This document shows positions 45,014 through 55,748 of a DNA stretch of 64,000 bases, in pieces. Made by a program: the position numbers and the translations under genes. The notes beneath the pieces were generated by a model, which searched no databases, was not told the DNA's origin, and saw nothing but the letters and a program-made list of their open reading frames with translations. Every line of letters starts with the position of its first letter. Positions within the stretch are counted from its first letter, which is position 1. Origin of the DNA: an uncultured Corynebacterium sp. (GTDB lineage: Bacteria > Actinomycetota > Actinomycetes > Mycobacteriales > Mycobacteriaceae); the NCBI RefSeq assembly GCF_943914615.1, contig NZ_CALUCS010000008.1, positions 2,037 to 66,036 on the forward strand, given 5' to 3'.

Positions 45014-45341
45014 GTGGAGGACATGCACCTAACCGAACAAGCGATTCCACACCGAAGATTTTTCGGCCTTTTCGCTTCCAGGTAATGCCAGCTCGCCAGA
45101 GCGCGAACGCTGTGGCGGGCTGCAGCGCAGGCGACGCAGCGCTGAAACACGTAGCAATGCGTGTCGCGCTGTGTTGATGCGCGGCGCGTGCTGAGGCGTG
45201 AGCTGCGCGGCGCGTGCTGAGGCAGACGTCGAGGCGCGTGACGTGCGCCGCGGCGCGGCGCGACGGCAGGAAACCGGGAAGCGGAGGGGGCAAAGAATTG
45301 AAGGCAGGACGGATTCAAGGACTCAAGGAGCGAAGGAAAAC

Positions 45342-47204
45342 GTGACACACACATCACGCTCGCAACCCAGCCCCGCCACCTTGGCGAACAACTCCCGCGG
45401 CAAGCGGCCAGAGCGAATTAACGGCGCACAGGCCGTAGTCCGCTCCCTAGAAGAGCTAGGCACCGATGTTGTATTCGGCCTGCCCGGAGGCGCCGTGTTG
45501 CCGCTCTATGAGGCGCTGTACGACTCCGAGAAGCTGAACCACATCCTCGTCCGCCACGAGCAGGGCGCCGGCCACGCCGCCACCGGCTACGCTCAGGCCA
45601 CCGGCCGCGTGGGCGTGTGCATCGCAACTTCCGGCCCCGGTGCAACGAACCTGGTCACCCCCATCGCTGACGCCAACATGGACTCGGTGCCTCTGGTCGC
45701 CATCACCGGCCAGGTTGGTAAGGGCCTTTTGGGTACTGACGCCTTCCAGGAGGCGGACATTCGCGGCGTGACCATGCCAATCACCAAGCACAACTTCATG
45801 GTGACCCGCCCCGAGGACATCCCCGGCGCCATCGCCGAGGCTTTCCATGTGGCTTCCACCGGCCGCCCCGGCGCGGTTCTGGTGGATATTCCGAAGGACG
45901 TGCAGAACGCAGAGCTGGAATTCAACTGGCCGCCGAAGTACGAGCTGCCCGGCTACCGTCCGGTCACCAGTCCGCACCCGCGCCAGGTAGAGGAAGCTGT
46001 GCGCATGATCAGCGCGGCGAAGCGCCCGACGCTGTACGTCGGCGGCGGCGTGATCAAGGCGGAAGCGCACGCAGAACTGCTGGAGTTTGCAGAAGCCAAC
46101 GACATCCCAGTTGTCACCACCCTCATGGCTCTGGGCAGCTTCCCGGCCTCCCACCCGCTGTACATGGGCATGCCCGGTATGCACGGAAGTGTCCCGGCGG
46201 TCGCAGCCCTGCAGCGCTCCGACCTGCTGATTACCATCGGCGCCCGCTTCGACGACCGCGTCACCGGCCACGTGGACAGCTTCGCCCCGGATGCGAAGGT
46301 CATCCACGCCGACATCGACCCGGCGGAAATCGGCAAGATCCGCGAAGCCAACGTGCCGATCGTCGGCGACGCCCGCGAGGTACTGGCCGCACTCCACCAG
46401 GCGATGCGGAACCCGGACCTGAAGAAGCCCGCCACCGTCGGCTGGCTGAACTACCTGAACAAGCTGAAGCAGGACTTCCCCCGCGGCTACGACGAGCAGC
46501 CCAACGGCAAGCTCGCCCCGCAGTACGTCATCGAAACTCTGTCCAAGACCGTCGGCCCGGACGCTATCTACGTCGCCGGCGTGGGGCAGCACCAGATGTG
46601 GGCGGCACAGTTCGTGGACTACGAAAACCCGCGCACCTGGCTGAACTCCGGTGGCCTTGGCACGATGGGTTACTCCGTGCCCGCTGCCATGGGTGCAAAG
46701 GCCGGCAAGCCCGACACTTCCGTCTGGGCCATCGACGGTGACGGCTGCTTCCAGATGACCAACCAGGAGCTCGTCACCTGCGCGGTGGAGAAGCTGCCGA
46801 TCAAGGTCGCCCTCATCAACAACGGAAACCTCGGCATGGTCCGCCAGTGGCAGACGCTGTTCTACGACCAGCGGTACTCGCACACCAACCTGAAGCCGGG
46901 GGAGACTTACCTGCCGGACTTCCTGATGTTGGCTGAGTCCATGGGCTGCGCGGCGTTCCGCGTCACTAAGCCAGAGGATGTAGAGCCGACCATCCGCAAG
47001 GCCGAAGAGATCAACGACCGCCCCGTCGTCATCGACTTCATCGTCGGCGAGGATGCGCAGGTGTGGCCGATGGTCGCCGCCGGCACATCCAACGAGGAAA
47101 TCCAGTACGCACGCAACCTGCGGCCGCTGTTCGACGAGGAATCCTCGGCGGCAGAATCGCCCGCGGAGATCCACGAGGTCACCCAGGAAGGTGAAGAAGA
47201 CTAA
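45342..47204 (+). CDS. ilvB: Acetolactate synthase large subunit
   Basis: Thiamine-diphosphate enzyme motifs. GTG start at 45342 preceded by AAGGAGCGAAGGAAAAC; the N-terminus aligns with C. glutamicum IlvB. The track extension to 45198 is rejected. Confidence 0.9.
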   Translation: MTHTSRSQPSPATLANNSRGKRPERINGAQAVVRSLEELGTDVVFGLPGGAVLPLYEALYDSEKLNHILVRHEQGAGHAATGYAQATGRVGVCIATSGPGATNLVTPIADANMDSVPLVAITGQVGKGLLGTDAFQEADIRGVTMPITKHNFMVTRPEDIPGAIAEAFHVASTGRPGAVLVDIPKDVQNAELEFNWPPKYELPGYRPVTSPHPRQVEEAVRMISAAKRPTLYVGGGVIKAEAHAELLEFAEANDIPVVTTLMALGSFPASHPLYMGMPGMHGSVPAVAALQRSDLLITIGARFDDRVTGHVDSFAPDAKVIHADIDPAEIGKIREANVPIVGDAREVLAALHQAMRNPDLKKPATVGWLNYLNKLKQDFPRGYDEQPNGKLAPQYVIETLSKTVGPDAIYVAGVGQHQMWAAQFVDYENPRTWLNSGGLGTMGYSVPAAMGAKAGKPDTSVWAIDGDGCFQMTNQELVTCAVEKLPIKVALINNGNLGMVRQWQTLFYDQRYSHTNLKPGETYLPDFLMLAESMGCAAFRVTKPEDVEPTIRKAEEINDRPVVIDFIVGEDAQVWPMVAAGTSNEEIQYARNLRPLFDEESSAAESPAEIHEVTQEGEED

Positions 47205-47722
47205 TGAGCACGAACAAGGTACAGGTCCACACCCTGTCCGTCCTGTGTGAGGACGTCGACGGTATCATCTCGCGAATCTCCGGCATGTTCACCCGCCGCG
47301 CGTTCAGCATCATCTCGATCAGCTCTGGTCGCACGGAGGTCGAGGGGATCAACCGCATCACCATCATCGTCGAGGGCGAGGATCACGTGGTGGAGCAGAT
47401 CACCAAGCAGCTGAACAAGCTCATCCCCGTTATTAAGGTCACGCGCCACGACCCGGAGTCAATCGTCTCCCGCGGCCTGATGATGGTGAAAGTTTCCGCT
47501 GACAACGCGAACCGCACACAGGTGGTGGAGTCCGCGAAGCTGTTCCGCGCACACGTGGTGGACGTCGGCCCGGAGTCGGTGATCATCGAGTGCACAGGTA
47601 CGCCGTCGAAGCTGCAGGCTCTGCTGGATGTTTTGGAGCCGTTCGGTATCCGCGAGCTTGTCGAGGCGTCGCCGACTGCGATCAGTCGCGGTCCTCGCGC
47701 CATGTACCCGGCGAATCTCTAG
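47204..47722 (+). CDS. ilvN: Acetolactate synthase small subunit
   Basis: ACT-domain N-terminus; the ATG overlaps the ilvB stop (TAATG). Confidence 0.9.
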   Translation: MSTNKVQVHTLSVLCEDVDGIISRISGMFTRRAFSIISISSGRTEVEGINRITIIVEGEDHVVEQITKQLNKLIPVIKVTRHDPESIVSRGLMMVKVSADNANRTQVVESAKLFRAHVVDVGPESVIIECTGTPSKLQALLDVLEPFGIRELVEASPTAISRGPRAMYPANL

Positions 47723-47854
47723 GTTCTTTGGTGACGCCTTTAGTCGGCAGCCGGGTGGGCGTCACTACCTACGAAAGAGGGCAGCAGCCCAAAAGAGTTC
47801 ACTATGTGGACGCCAAAGTCTCACCAAATGAAATAAAGTCTGCTATAAAGGTAG

Positions 47855-48895
<1,041 letters not shown>

Positions 48896-49138
48896 AGCGG
48901 CCCGGCTGAAGCGGCCTGGCCGAAACAGCCCGGTCGAAACTGCCCGACCGAAACAGCCTGCTTAAAGCGGTCTGGCTGAATAACTGAATGCTTTAGATCT
49001 CCAAGTTTAGGGATTCTGAATTTGGAATCTGTTTAGCGGGGGGCTCATGTTCTGGCCGCCAATGGCGAGCCGTTCTGGCTCCCCGTCTTTGTTTTCAGTA
49101 ATTTGTCAATAAGGGATGTGGCTGCCTAAAGTGAGGGT

Positions 49139-50260
49139 ATGGACGACCCCGCAAGCGCAGCTCAGCAACAACCACAGGACCGTGGTGGTGCCGACGTGCA
49201 CCGCCACGGTTCTGCGCGTTCCAGCGAGTCCGCGCCTGCTGGCGCACCTGCGCCCCAGCCGGTGCTGGCCGGCGCATCTGAGGGCGGTCGCGGGCGTTCG
49301 CGCAGCCATGCACACTCCCACGATTCCGGCTATGCAGATTCGCACGACTCCGGTCACGCACACTCTCACGGGCATTCGCATTCTGCGCCGACGGATGCCC
49401 CGCTGCGCGCGCTGCTTATTGTGCTTGGCGTTACTGGCACAGTCTTCTTTGCAGAGCTGATCGGCGGTCTGATCACCGGCTCCGTCGCGTTGCTGGCCGA
49501 TGCGATGCACATGCTTTCGGACGCTGCCGGCCTAATCATCGCAGTCGTTGCCATTTTGATCGGTCGCAGGGCCGCAACTGCGCAGGCGACCTTCGGTTAT
49601 CGCCGGGGGGAGGTGCTCGCTGCGCTCGTCAATGCGGTCACTGTGCTGGGGATTTCGGTCTGGATAGTGGTCGAGGCGTTCCAGCGCCTCAGCGAGCCGG
49701 TGGAGATCATGGCCGGCCCGATGATGATCGTCGCGGTTATCGGCCTGCTAGCCAACATCATTTCCGCGTGGATCTTGAATCGCCAGCGGGAGCATTCGGT
49801 CAATGTCCAGGGCGCATTCCTGCACGTGCTGGCGGACATGTTGGGTTCCGTCGCGGTGCTCGTGGCTGGCGGCGTGATCATTCTGACCGGCTGGCAGTAT
49901 GCGGACGTTATCGCCTCGCTGGTGATTGCCGCGCTGGTGCTGCCGCGCGCCTGGCAGCTGATGATGCAGGCCTTGCGCATTCTGCTCGAGCAGGTGCCTC
50001 CGGGTTACCAGCCTGCTGAGGTTGATGCTCTGCTGCGACAAGTCGACGGTGTGCTGGACGTGCACGATCTCCACCTGTGGTCGCTGGACGGCACGAGCGC
50101 GTTGGCTTCCGTGCACTTGGTGGTTCCGGAAGGTCGCGACCCGGCTGCGGTGCTGTGCGCGGCACAGGCCGCGCTGCAGGAGCGGGGGATTGCGCACGCC
50201 ACCATTCAGGTGGAACGCGCCAGCCACGCCGACCACGAGGGCTCGCAGAACGTTTGCTAG
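49139..50260 (+). CDS. Cation diffusion facilitator (CzcD-like) metal efflux transporter with a His-rich N-terminus
   Basis: HSHDSGYADSHDSGHAHSHGHSHS tract and six-TM CDF core motifs (LLADAMHMLSD, HVLADMLGS). Confidence 0.8.
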   Translation: MDDPASAAQQQPQDRGGADVHRHGSARSSESAPAGAPAPQPVLAGASEGGRGRSRSHAHSHDSGYADSHDSGHAHSHGHSHSAPTDAPLRALLIVLGVTGTVFFAELIGGLITGSVALLADAMHMLSDAAGLIIAVVAILIGRRAATAQATFGYRRGEVLAALVNAVTVLGISVWIVVEAFQRLSEPVEIMAGPMMIVAVIGLLANIISAWILNRQREHSVNVQGAFLHVLADMLGSVAVLVAGGVIILTGWQYADVIASLVIAALVLPRAWQLMMQALRILLEQVPPGYQPAEVDALLRQVDGVLDVHDLHLWSLDGTSALASVHLVVPEGRDPAAVLCAAQAALQERGIAHATIQVERASHADHEGSQNVC

Positions 50261-50401
50261 CGGATAGATAGGCAATGGCCGCGGGCGGCTGGATAAACAA
50301 CGGCCGCCAACGGCTGGGTCGATAACGACCGGCGCTGGCTGGGTCGATAACGACCACTAACGGTTGACGAAACTCTTAGCAACCGGAGCCGACCTAAGAG
50401 G

Positions 50402-50430
50402 GTAGGTTCACCTTGCTTAGGGTAACCTAA
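50402..50430. promoter_or_regulatory. Two overlapping DtxR/IdeR-like iron boxes upstream of the siderophore ABC operon
   Basis: cTTGCTTAGGGTAACCTAA matches about 14/19 of TTAGGTTAGCCTAACCTAA. gTAGGTTCACCTTGCTTAG is a second, partial match. Confidence 0.45.
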
Positions 50431-50449
50431 TTCTGATAGCGTCTGGGGA

Positions 50450-51346
50450 ATGATGAACTCTCGAAACTCTCAGCGTCGCTCCCTGCGCCGTACCTTTGCC
50501 CTCCTTGTTGCGACGATTCTCGGCGCCACGGCCCTTGTTGCCTGTGGCGCCGGTGACGGTGACAACGGTGGAGGCGGTAAAGACGGCGAGCCAAGGGTGG
50601 TCGCGTTGGACTGGCGATATGAGGAAATCCTCGAGGCACTGGGCGTAAAGCCTGTCGGCATTGTAGAGATCGGCAAGTCCGCCGGGCCGAAGACTCTGGA
50701 GGGCAAGCTCGAGGGTATCGAATCGGTTGGACAGGCAAAGCAGCCGAATCTGGAGGTCATTCAGTCTCTTGAGCCCGACCTGATCCTCGCTAGCCCAACG
50801 CGGCAGGAATCGATCATGCCGCAGCTGGAGGAAATTGCAGAGACGAAGTCCTACAGCGACGCCAGCTACACCGACGTCCTTGACTCCATGGATGACATCG
50901 CAAAGAAGCTGGGCAAGGAAGATAAAGCTAAGGAAGTGCGTGAGCGTATCGAAGACAAGGTCGAAGAGGCAAAGAAACTCGTCAAGCCGAACACTCGTGC
51001 AGCGCTGGTCGGATGGTCGAAGGGCACTCTCTACACCTGGATCAAGGATTCCTTTGCAGGCTCTCTTCTTTCTGACGCCGGTTACGTTTACGGCTACGAC
51101 GGTTCCCGTACCGCTATCGAGTCCAAGACTGACGTTGCCGAAATGACGGGTGATAAGCTCCCCTCAATGAAGCTGGACCGGATGTACTTGTACAACGACA
51201 TCGAGGGCTTTAAGTCCAGCCCATATAAGGATGTGGTGAAGGACATCGTGGACGTGGAGCAGGACACCTGGTCCCGTTCTCGTGGCCCGCTGGCCGCAGA
51301 AGCAATGCTGGATCAGATCATTGAAACGGAGAACGCTCGTAAGTAG
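50450..51346 (+). CDS. Iron-siderophore ABC transporter substrate-binding lipoprotein
   Basis: Lipobox LVAC after a signal peptide; FecB/FhuD-like fold. Confidence 0.75.
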   Translation: MMNSRNSQRRSLRRTFALLVATILGATALVACGAGDGDNGGGGKDGEPRVVALDWRYEEILEALGVKPVGIVEIGKSAGPKTLEGKLEGIESVGQAKQPNLEVIQSLEPDLILASPTRQESIMPQLEEIAETKSYSDASYTDVLDSMDDIAKKLGKEDKAKEVRERIEDKVEEAKKLVKPNTRAALVGWSKGTLYTWIKDSFAGSLLSDAGYVYGYDGSRTAIESKTDVAEMTGDKLPSMKLDRMYLYNDIEGFKSSPYKDVVKDIVDVEQDTWSRSRGPLAAEAMLDQIIETENARK

Positions 51347-51382
51347 GCGCACCTTCGCGCGTTTACGACCTAAGGAAGTTAA

Positions 51383-52381
51383 GTGCAACGAGGGCTAAAA
51401 CCACGCCTTACACAACTAGCGATTCTGCTGGCGCTGGGATTGGCTGTAATTCTTGTGGTGTGGGTCTGGCGCATGAGCAGCGTGGAGGTGCCGACTAACG
51501 TGCCAGAACTCGCGGGGGAGATGCACTCCGTCATGCGCGACCGGCTCTTGGCAGCGACGGTGATCGGCATGGCTTTGGGCGCGGCGGGCGTGCTGCTGCG
51601 CACGGCTACAGGCAACCCGCTGGCGGATCCGGAAATCACCGGCGTGAATTCCGGTGCGGCTTTCGGCGCTGTGCTGTGCACGACGATCACGGGATCTGTG
51701 TCGGGCGCAGCTGTGTTGCCGGGGGCGTTGTGTGGTGCAGCGCTTGGAGCTGCGATCACGGTAGGCATCGGGATGCGCGTGACGGTGGGGGATCCGACTG
51801 GTGCTCAGTCGGTGCAGCGGATGATTTTGCTGGGCATAGCCGTTTCCGCATTGTTCTCGGCGTGTACCGCGATCATTTTGGTCATCGATGAGGCTCAGCT
51901 TTCGACCGTGCTGTCCTGGCTTTCGGGGCGCTTGGGTGGGGTTCGTCTCCCAGACATAATGCCCTGCATTATTGCGGTGGCGGTGGTTCTGCCGTTTACC
52001 ATTGCTGTTGGTCGGGGGCTGGATACTCTTTTTGCTGGTGACGCCCTCTCGTCTTCCGTCGGCGCGAACCCCCACCGGCTGCGCATTTTGGCAGTGGTGG
52101 GCGCAGTGCTGTTGATCGCACCGGCAGTTGCGGCTGCCGGACCCATTGGTTTCCTTGGCTTGATGGCGGCGGTTGTCTCGTATCGGGTGGCAGGCCCGCG
52201 TCACCGATTGAGCTTAGTGATCGCCCCCGTGGTGGGCGCAGCGGTTCTGCTGGTGGCGGATTCCGTTGCGCAGGCTCTGTGGGCGCCGGCGGAAACTCCA
52301 GTGGGCGTGGTTACTGCCATCGCAGGCGTGCCTTTGCTGCTGTGGGGAATTAATCGTTTGCAACCGGGAGGTGAGCGCTGA
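51383..52381 (+). CDS. Iron-siderophore ABC permease (FecCD family)
   Basis: About 9-10 TM segments; FecCD-type conserved Gly-rich TM regions. Confidence 0.8.
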   Translation: MQRGLKPRLTQLAILLALGLAVILVVWVWRMSSVEVPTNVPELAGEMHSVMRDRLLAATVIGMALGAAGVLLRTATGNPLADPEITGVNSGAAFGAVLCTTITGSVSGAAVLPGALCGAALGAAITVGIGMRVTVGDPTGAQSVQRMILLGIAVSALFSACTAIILVIDEAQLSTVLSWLSGRLGGVRLPDIMPCIIAVAVVLPFTIAVGRGLDTLFAGDALSSSVGANPHRLRILAVVGAVLLIAPAVAAAGPIGFLGLMAAVVSYRVAGPRHRLSLVIAPVVGAAVLLVADSVAQALWAPAETPVGVVTAIAGVPLLLWGINRLQPGGER

Positions 52382-53547
52382 TGAACCGCAGGCTGAATCG
52401 TAAACGAACCTTCCGGAGAGGCGTTTCCCAGCCCGGAACTGCGGCGCCGCAGAATGACACTCCAGCGCCGCAGGGTAATACTGCAGCGCCGCGGCGTGAT
52501 ACTGCGGCGCCGCGACGAAGCAGTGGTTTCGGCGTGGCCCGCGTTGTAGCGGTGTATGCAGCGCTGCTGGCTTTGCTGGCGTTCGCGATCGTCCTGGGCT
52601 TAAGTGTCGGTGCTGTCATGAAGCCCCCGGCAGAGACCATCCACGATATCTTCACCGGTGGGAAACTCATATGGCGCTACCGGATGCCCCGTGTGCTCGT
52701 GGGGATCCTCGCTGGTGCAGCGATGGCGGTCTCCGGCGCGTTGCTGCAGCTAGCCTTGCGTAATCCGCTGGCGGCTCCGGACACTGTGGGCGTCACCGCA
52801 GGAGGGGGCTTGGCGGCCGTGGCAGCTCTGTTGAGTGTCGGTTCCTTGCCGGCGCAGGCCCTGACTCCCGTGGCTTTTGTTGGTGCACTGGTGGGTGCAG
52901 GCCTGGTGCTGGTGCTCGCGGGAAAGGGAGCAACGGATCCGGTGCGGCTCACCCTCACTGGCGTAGCGGTTTCTGTAGGTCTGGGTGCGCTGACTCAGTT
53001 GTTATTGGTCAAGGCTGCTCCGGAAGCCGGCGCGGCGATGACCTGGCTTAAGGGGTCGCTTTACGCCCGCACTCTCACGGATGCGCAAGTCGTAGGGCCA
53101 GTGGTGTTGGTGGCTATCGTCGTAGCCGTCGTGCTCTCGAGGCACCTGGACATGCTGAACCTGGACTCTTCTGCCATGGCGGGAGTAGGCGTCAGTGAGC
53201 GAACGTGGCGCACCGTGGCGGTGCTGTTTGCGATCCTGTTGGGAGCTGCCGCTGTGGCTGCGGCGGGGGTGTTGGGATTCGCAGGACTAATCGTGCCGCA
53301 TGCTGCTCGACTGCTGGTTGGCGGTGCTGCCAGGCGAGTGTTGCCAGTGTCTGCGCTGGCTGGCGCGGGGTTGGTCGTTTTTTGTGACGCCCTTGGCCGC
53401 TGGGCATTTGCACCCACCGAAATCCCTGTGGGTGCGTTGATTTCCGTTGTCGGCGCCCCGTACTTCATTTATCTTCTGCTGAGTATGTCTCGCACCCCTG
53501 CGGGAGCCCCCGCGGTGTCCACGACAGATGAAAGGAGCTCCCGATGA
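52381..53547 (+). CDS. Iron-siderophore ABC permease (FecCD family), second subunit
   Basis: Start overlaps the upstream stop (TGATG). Ala/Pro-rich N-terminus followed by FecCD TM domains. Confidence 0.8.
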   Translation: MNRRLNRKRTFRRGVSQPGTAAPQNDTPAPQGNTAAPRRDTAAPRRSSGFGVARVVAVYAALLALLAFAIVLGLSVGAVMKPPAETIHDIFTGGKLIWRYRMPRVLVGILAGAAMAVSGALLQLALRNPLAAPDTVGVTAGGGLAAVAALLSVGSLPAQALTPVAFVGALVGAGLVLVLAGKGATDPVRLTLTGVAVSVGLGALTQLLLVKAAPEAGAAMTWLKGSLYARTLTDAQVVGPVVLVAIVVAVVLSRHLDMLNLDSSAMAGVGVSERTWRTVAVLFAILLGAAAVAAAGVLGFAGLIVPHAARLLVGGAARRVLPVSALAGAGLVVFCDALGRWAFAPTEIPVGALISVVGAPYFIYLLLSMSRTPAGAPAVSTTDERSSR

Positions 53548-54323
53548 GTGAACCTGCCTTGCATGCCGAGACCATCACGGTAGGCTACGGCGGCCCGGAT
53601 GTCTTGCGAGATGTCTCTCTCCAGGTTCCGGAGGGGAAGATTACCGCCCTCATAGGCCCCAATGGCTGCGGAAAATCTACGCTGCTGCGAGCGTTGGGGC
53701 GTCAACAACCAATCTCGAAGGGGCAGGTCTACCTAGGCGATCGCTCCATCCGCAAGATGAGCGCGCGTGAGTTTGCCCGGCACGTTGCGTTCTTGCCGCA
53801 ACAGCCCGTTACTCCCGAAGGGGTGAGCGTGCGGGAAGTTATCGCGTACGGCCGGTATCCGTATACAGGGGCGTTTGCGTCGTTGGGAGCGGAGGACCAC
53901 CGCGCGGTGGAGGAGGCGGCGGAACGCGCCGGGGTGACCGCCCTGCTCGAAGTTCCAGCGACGGATCTGTCGGGCGGTCAGCGCCAGCGAGTGTGGGTGG
54001 CAATGACCGTGGCTCAGCAGACTCCGGTGTTGCTTCTTGACGAGCCAACGACGTACCTCGATCCCGCCCACCAGATCGCGATTCTGGACTTGGTGCGAGA
54101 CCTCAACTCCGCCGGCCGAACTGTGGTGATGGTCGTGCACGACATGACGCACGCGGCCCGTTTCGCCGACTCCATCGTTGCTATGCGTGACGGTCAGGTG
54201 CTGGCAGCGGGGGAGACGGAAGACGTTATGTCTGCGAAGCTCGTTGAGGATCTTTTCGGGATTTCCTGCCTGGAAGTTAGGGATCCGGAAACGGGGCGAA
54301 CTTTGCCGATTCCGTATCGCTAA
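53544..54323 (+). CDS. Iron-siderophore ABC transporter ATP-binding protein
   Basis: GPNGCGKSTLLR, LSGGQRQRVWVAM, LLLDEPTTYLD. Start overlaps the preceding stop. Confidence 0.9.
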   Translation: MSEPALHAETITVGYGGPDVLRDVSLQVPEGKITALIGPNGCGKSTLLRALGRQQPISKGQVYLGDRSIRKMSAREFARHVAFLPQQPVTPEGVSVREVIAYGRYPYTGAFASLGAEDHRAVEEAAERAGVTALLEVPATDLSGGQRQRVWVAMTVAQQTPVLLLDEPTTYLDPAHQIAILDLVRDLNSAGRTVVMVVHDMTHAARFADSIVAMRDGQVLAAGETEDVMSAKLVEDLFGISCLEVRDPETGRTLPIPYR

Positions 54324-54395
54324 AGACGTTAAAGACGCTAAAGGCGCTAAAGATAGGGTCGTTAGAAGTATTTCGAAGTGCAGTTCCGGCGTCAC

Positions 54396-54416
54396 TAATG
54401 AAAACGACTTGCAATA
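54396..54416. promoter_or_regulatory. Zur-box-like palindrome upstream of the COG0523 GTPase
   Basis: TAATGAAAACGACTTGCAATA matches 17/21 of the corynebacterial Zur consensus TAATGAAAATGATTTTCATTA. Confidence 0.45.
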
Positions 54417-54435
54417 ACGTGTAGGGTGACGGGCT

Positions 54436-55650
54436 ATGAGACATACACATAGCCATTCTTCCGACCACCTAGCTTCCGAAGTTGCTGCTTCTGGCGAGGC
54501 CCTGCGCCAGAGAAGTGGGGTGCCTGCGGACGTCGCGCCGACCGCCACCGCCGCGAGCGCCACACCTGTCACGGTGTTGTCCGGATTCCTTGGGTCGGGC
54601 AAGACAACACTGCTCAACGACTTGCTCGCCAACCGGGGCGGCCGCCGCATCGCGGTGATCGTCAACGACTTCTCGGAAATCAACATCGACGCCGCCCTCA
54701 TCGCCGGCGAAGGTCACCTCACGCGCGGCGAAGACCGCTTCGTCGAACTCACTAACGGCTGCATCTGCTGCACACTGCGTGAAGACCTGGTGGAATCCGT
54801 CGGCACGCTCGCGCGCAGCGGCAACTTTGACCACATCGTCATCGAATCCACGGGAATCTCCGAGCCCATGCCCGTCGCCGCAACTTTCGAATGGCGTTGG
54901 GAGGACGGCACTCGCCTCGCGGACGTTGCGCCGATCGACACTATGGTCACTCTTGTTGACGCCGCCCAGTTCCTGCCGCAAATAGGGCAGAAGAAGCTGC
55001 TCACAGAAGCGGACCTGCAAGCAACTGCGGACGATGAGCGCACCATCGCAGATCTTTTGGTCGATCAGGTTGAGTTCGCGGACGTCATCTACGTCACCAA
55101 GTCGGACCTCGTCAGTGAAGAGCGCTACCGCGCGACGGTAGCGCTGCTGCGCCGAATGAACCCGCGGGCGCGCATTGAAAAGCTCCTCCACGGCCGCATC
55201 GCCGACGGCGCAGCTGCGGGGCGGTCGGCGGTCGAGGACATTCTCGGCGCAAACCTCTACGACGAGGCGACGGCCCGCGCCTATGAGGGCTACCTCGACG
55301 AGCTGGAAAACCCGCACACTCCAGAGACGGAAGAGTACGGCATCAGCTCCGTTGTTTTCCGCGGGGATCGCCCCTTCGACAGGGAGCGCCTGATCAAGGC
55401 TCTGCGCTCCACGACCGGGCTGGTGCGCTCCAAGGGGTACTGCTGGATCGCCGATCGCCCGGAGCTTGCCCACGTCTGGCACCAAGCTGGCCCCGACCTG
55501 CGGATACAGCCGGCGGGCGGGTGGCGCCAGGTGGGGCTGCCCCCCTCCAGTGAGGTGGTACTTATTGGCGTCAATTTCGATACAGACAGAGCGGTACAGC
55601 AATTCTCTAAGGCAATGCTGAGTGACGCAGAGGTAAGAGTTATGCTGTAA
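54436..55650 (+). CDS. COG0523 (CobW/ZigA-like) G3E-family GTPase, putative zinc metallochaperone
   Basis: His-rich N-terminus MRHTHSHSSDH, Walker A GFLGSGKTTLL, CxCC motif GCICCT. Confidence 0.8.
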   Translation: MRHTHSHSSDHLASEVAASGEALRQRSGVPADVAPTATAASATPVTVLSGFLGSGKTTLLNDLLANRGGRRIAVIVNDFSEINIDAALIAGEGHLTRGEDRFVELTNGCICCTLREDLVESVGTLARSGNFDHIVIESTGISEPMPVAATFEWRWEDGTRLADVAPIDTMVTLVDAAQFLPQIGQKKLLTEADLQATADDERTIADLLVDQVEFADVIYVTKSDLVSEERYRATVALLRRMNPRARIEKLLHGRIADGAAAGRSAVEDILGANLYDEATARAYEGYLDELENPHTPETEEYGISSVVFRGDRPFDRERLIKALRSTTGLVRSKGYCWIADRPELAHVWHQAGPDLRIQPAGGWRQVGLPPSSEVVLIGVNFDTDRAVQQFSKAMLSDAEVRVML

Positions 55651-55748
55651 GGGTCGCACGTCACATTTGGATGGCGTGGTCCCTTCCCGCGTCGGCGCGG
55701 TCGTTTCGGCGTGGGCGAGGCAATGTCGCACTTTAGGGAGAAACATTC

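Noticed and set aside
45198-45341. N-terminal extension of ilvB
   Set aside because: The GTG at 45342 has a strong AAGGAG-type RBS and aligns with the known corynebacterial IlvB N-terminus. The upstream part is leader.
45456-47174. 572-aa minus-strand ORF
   Set aside because: Antisense to ilvB.
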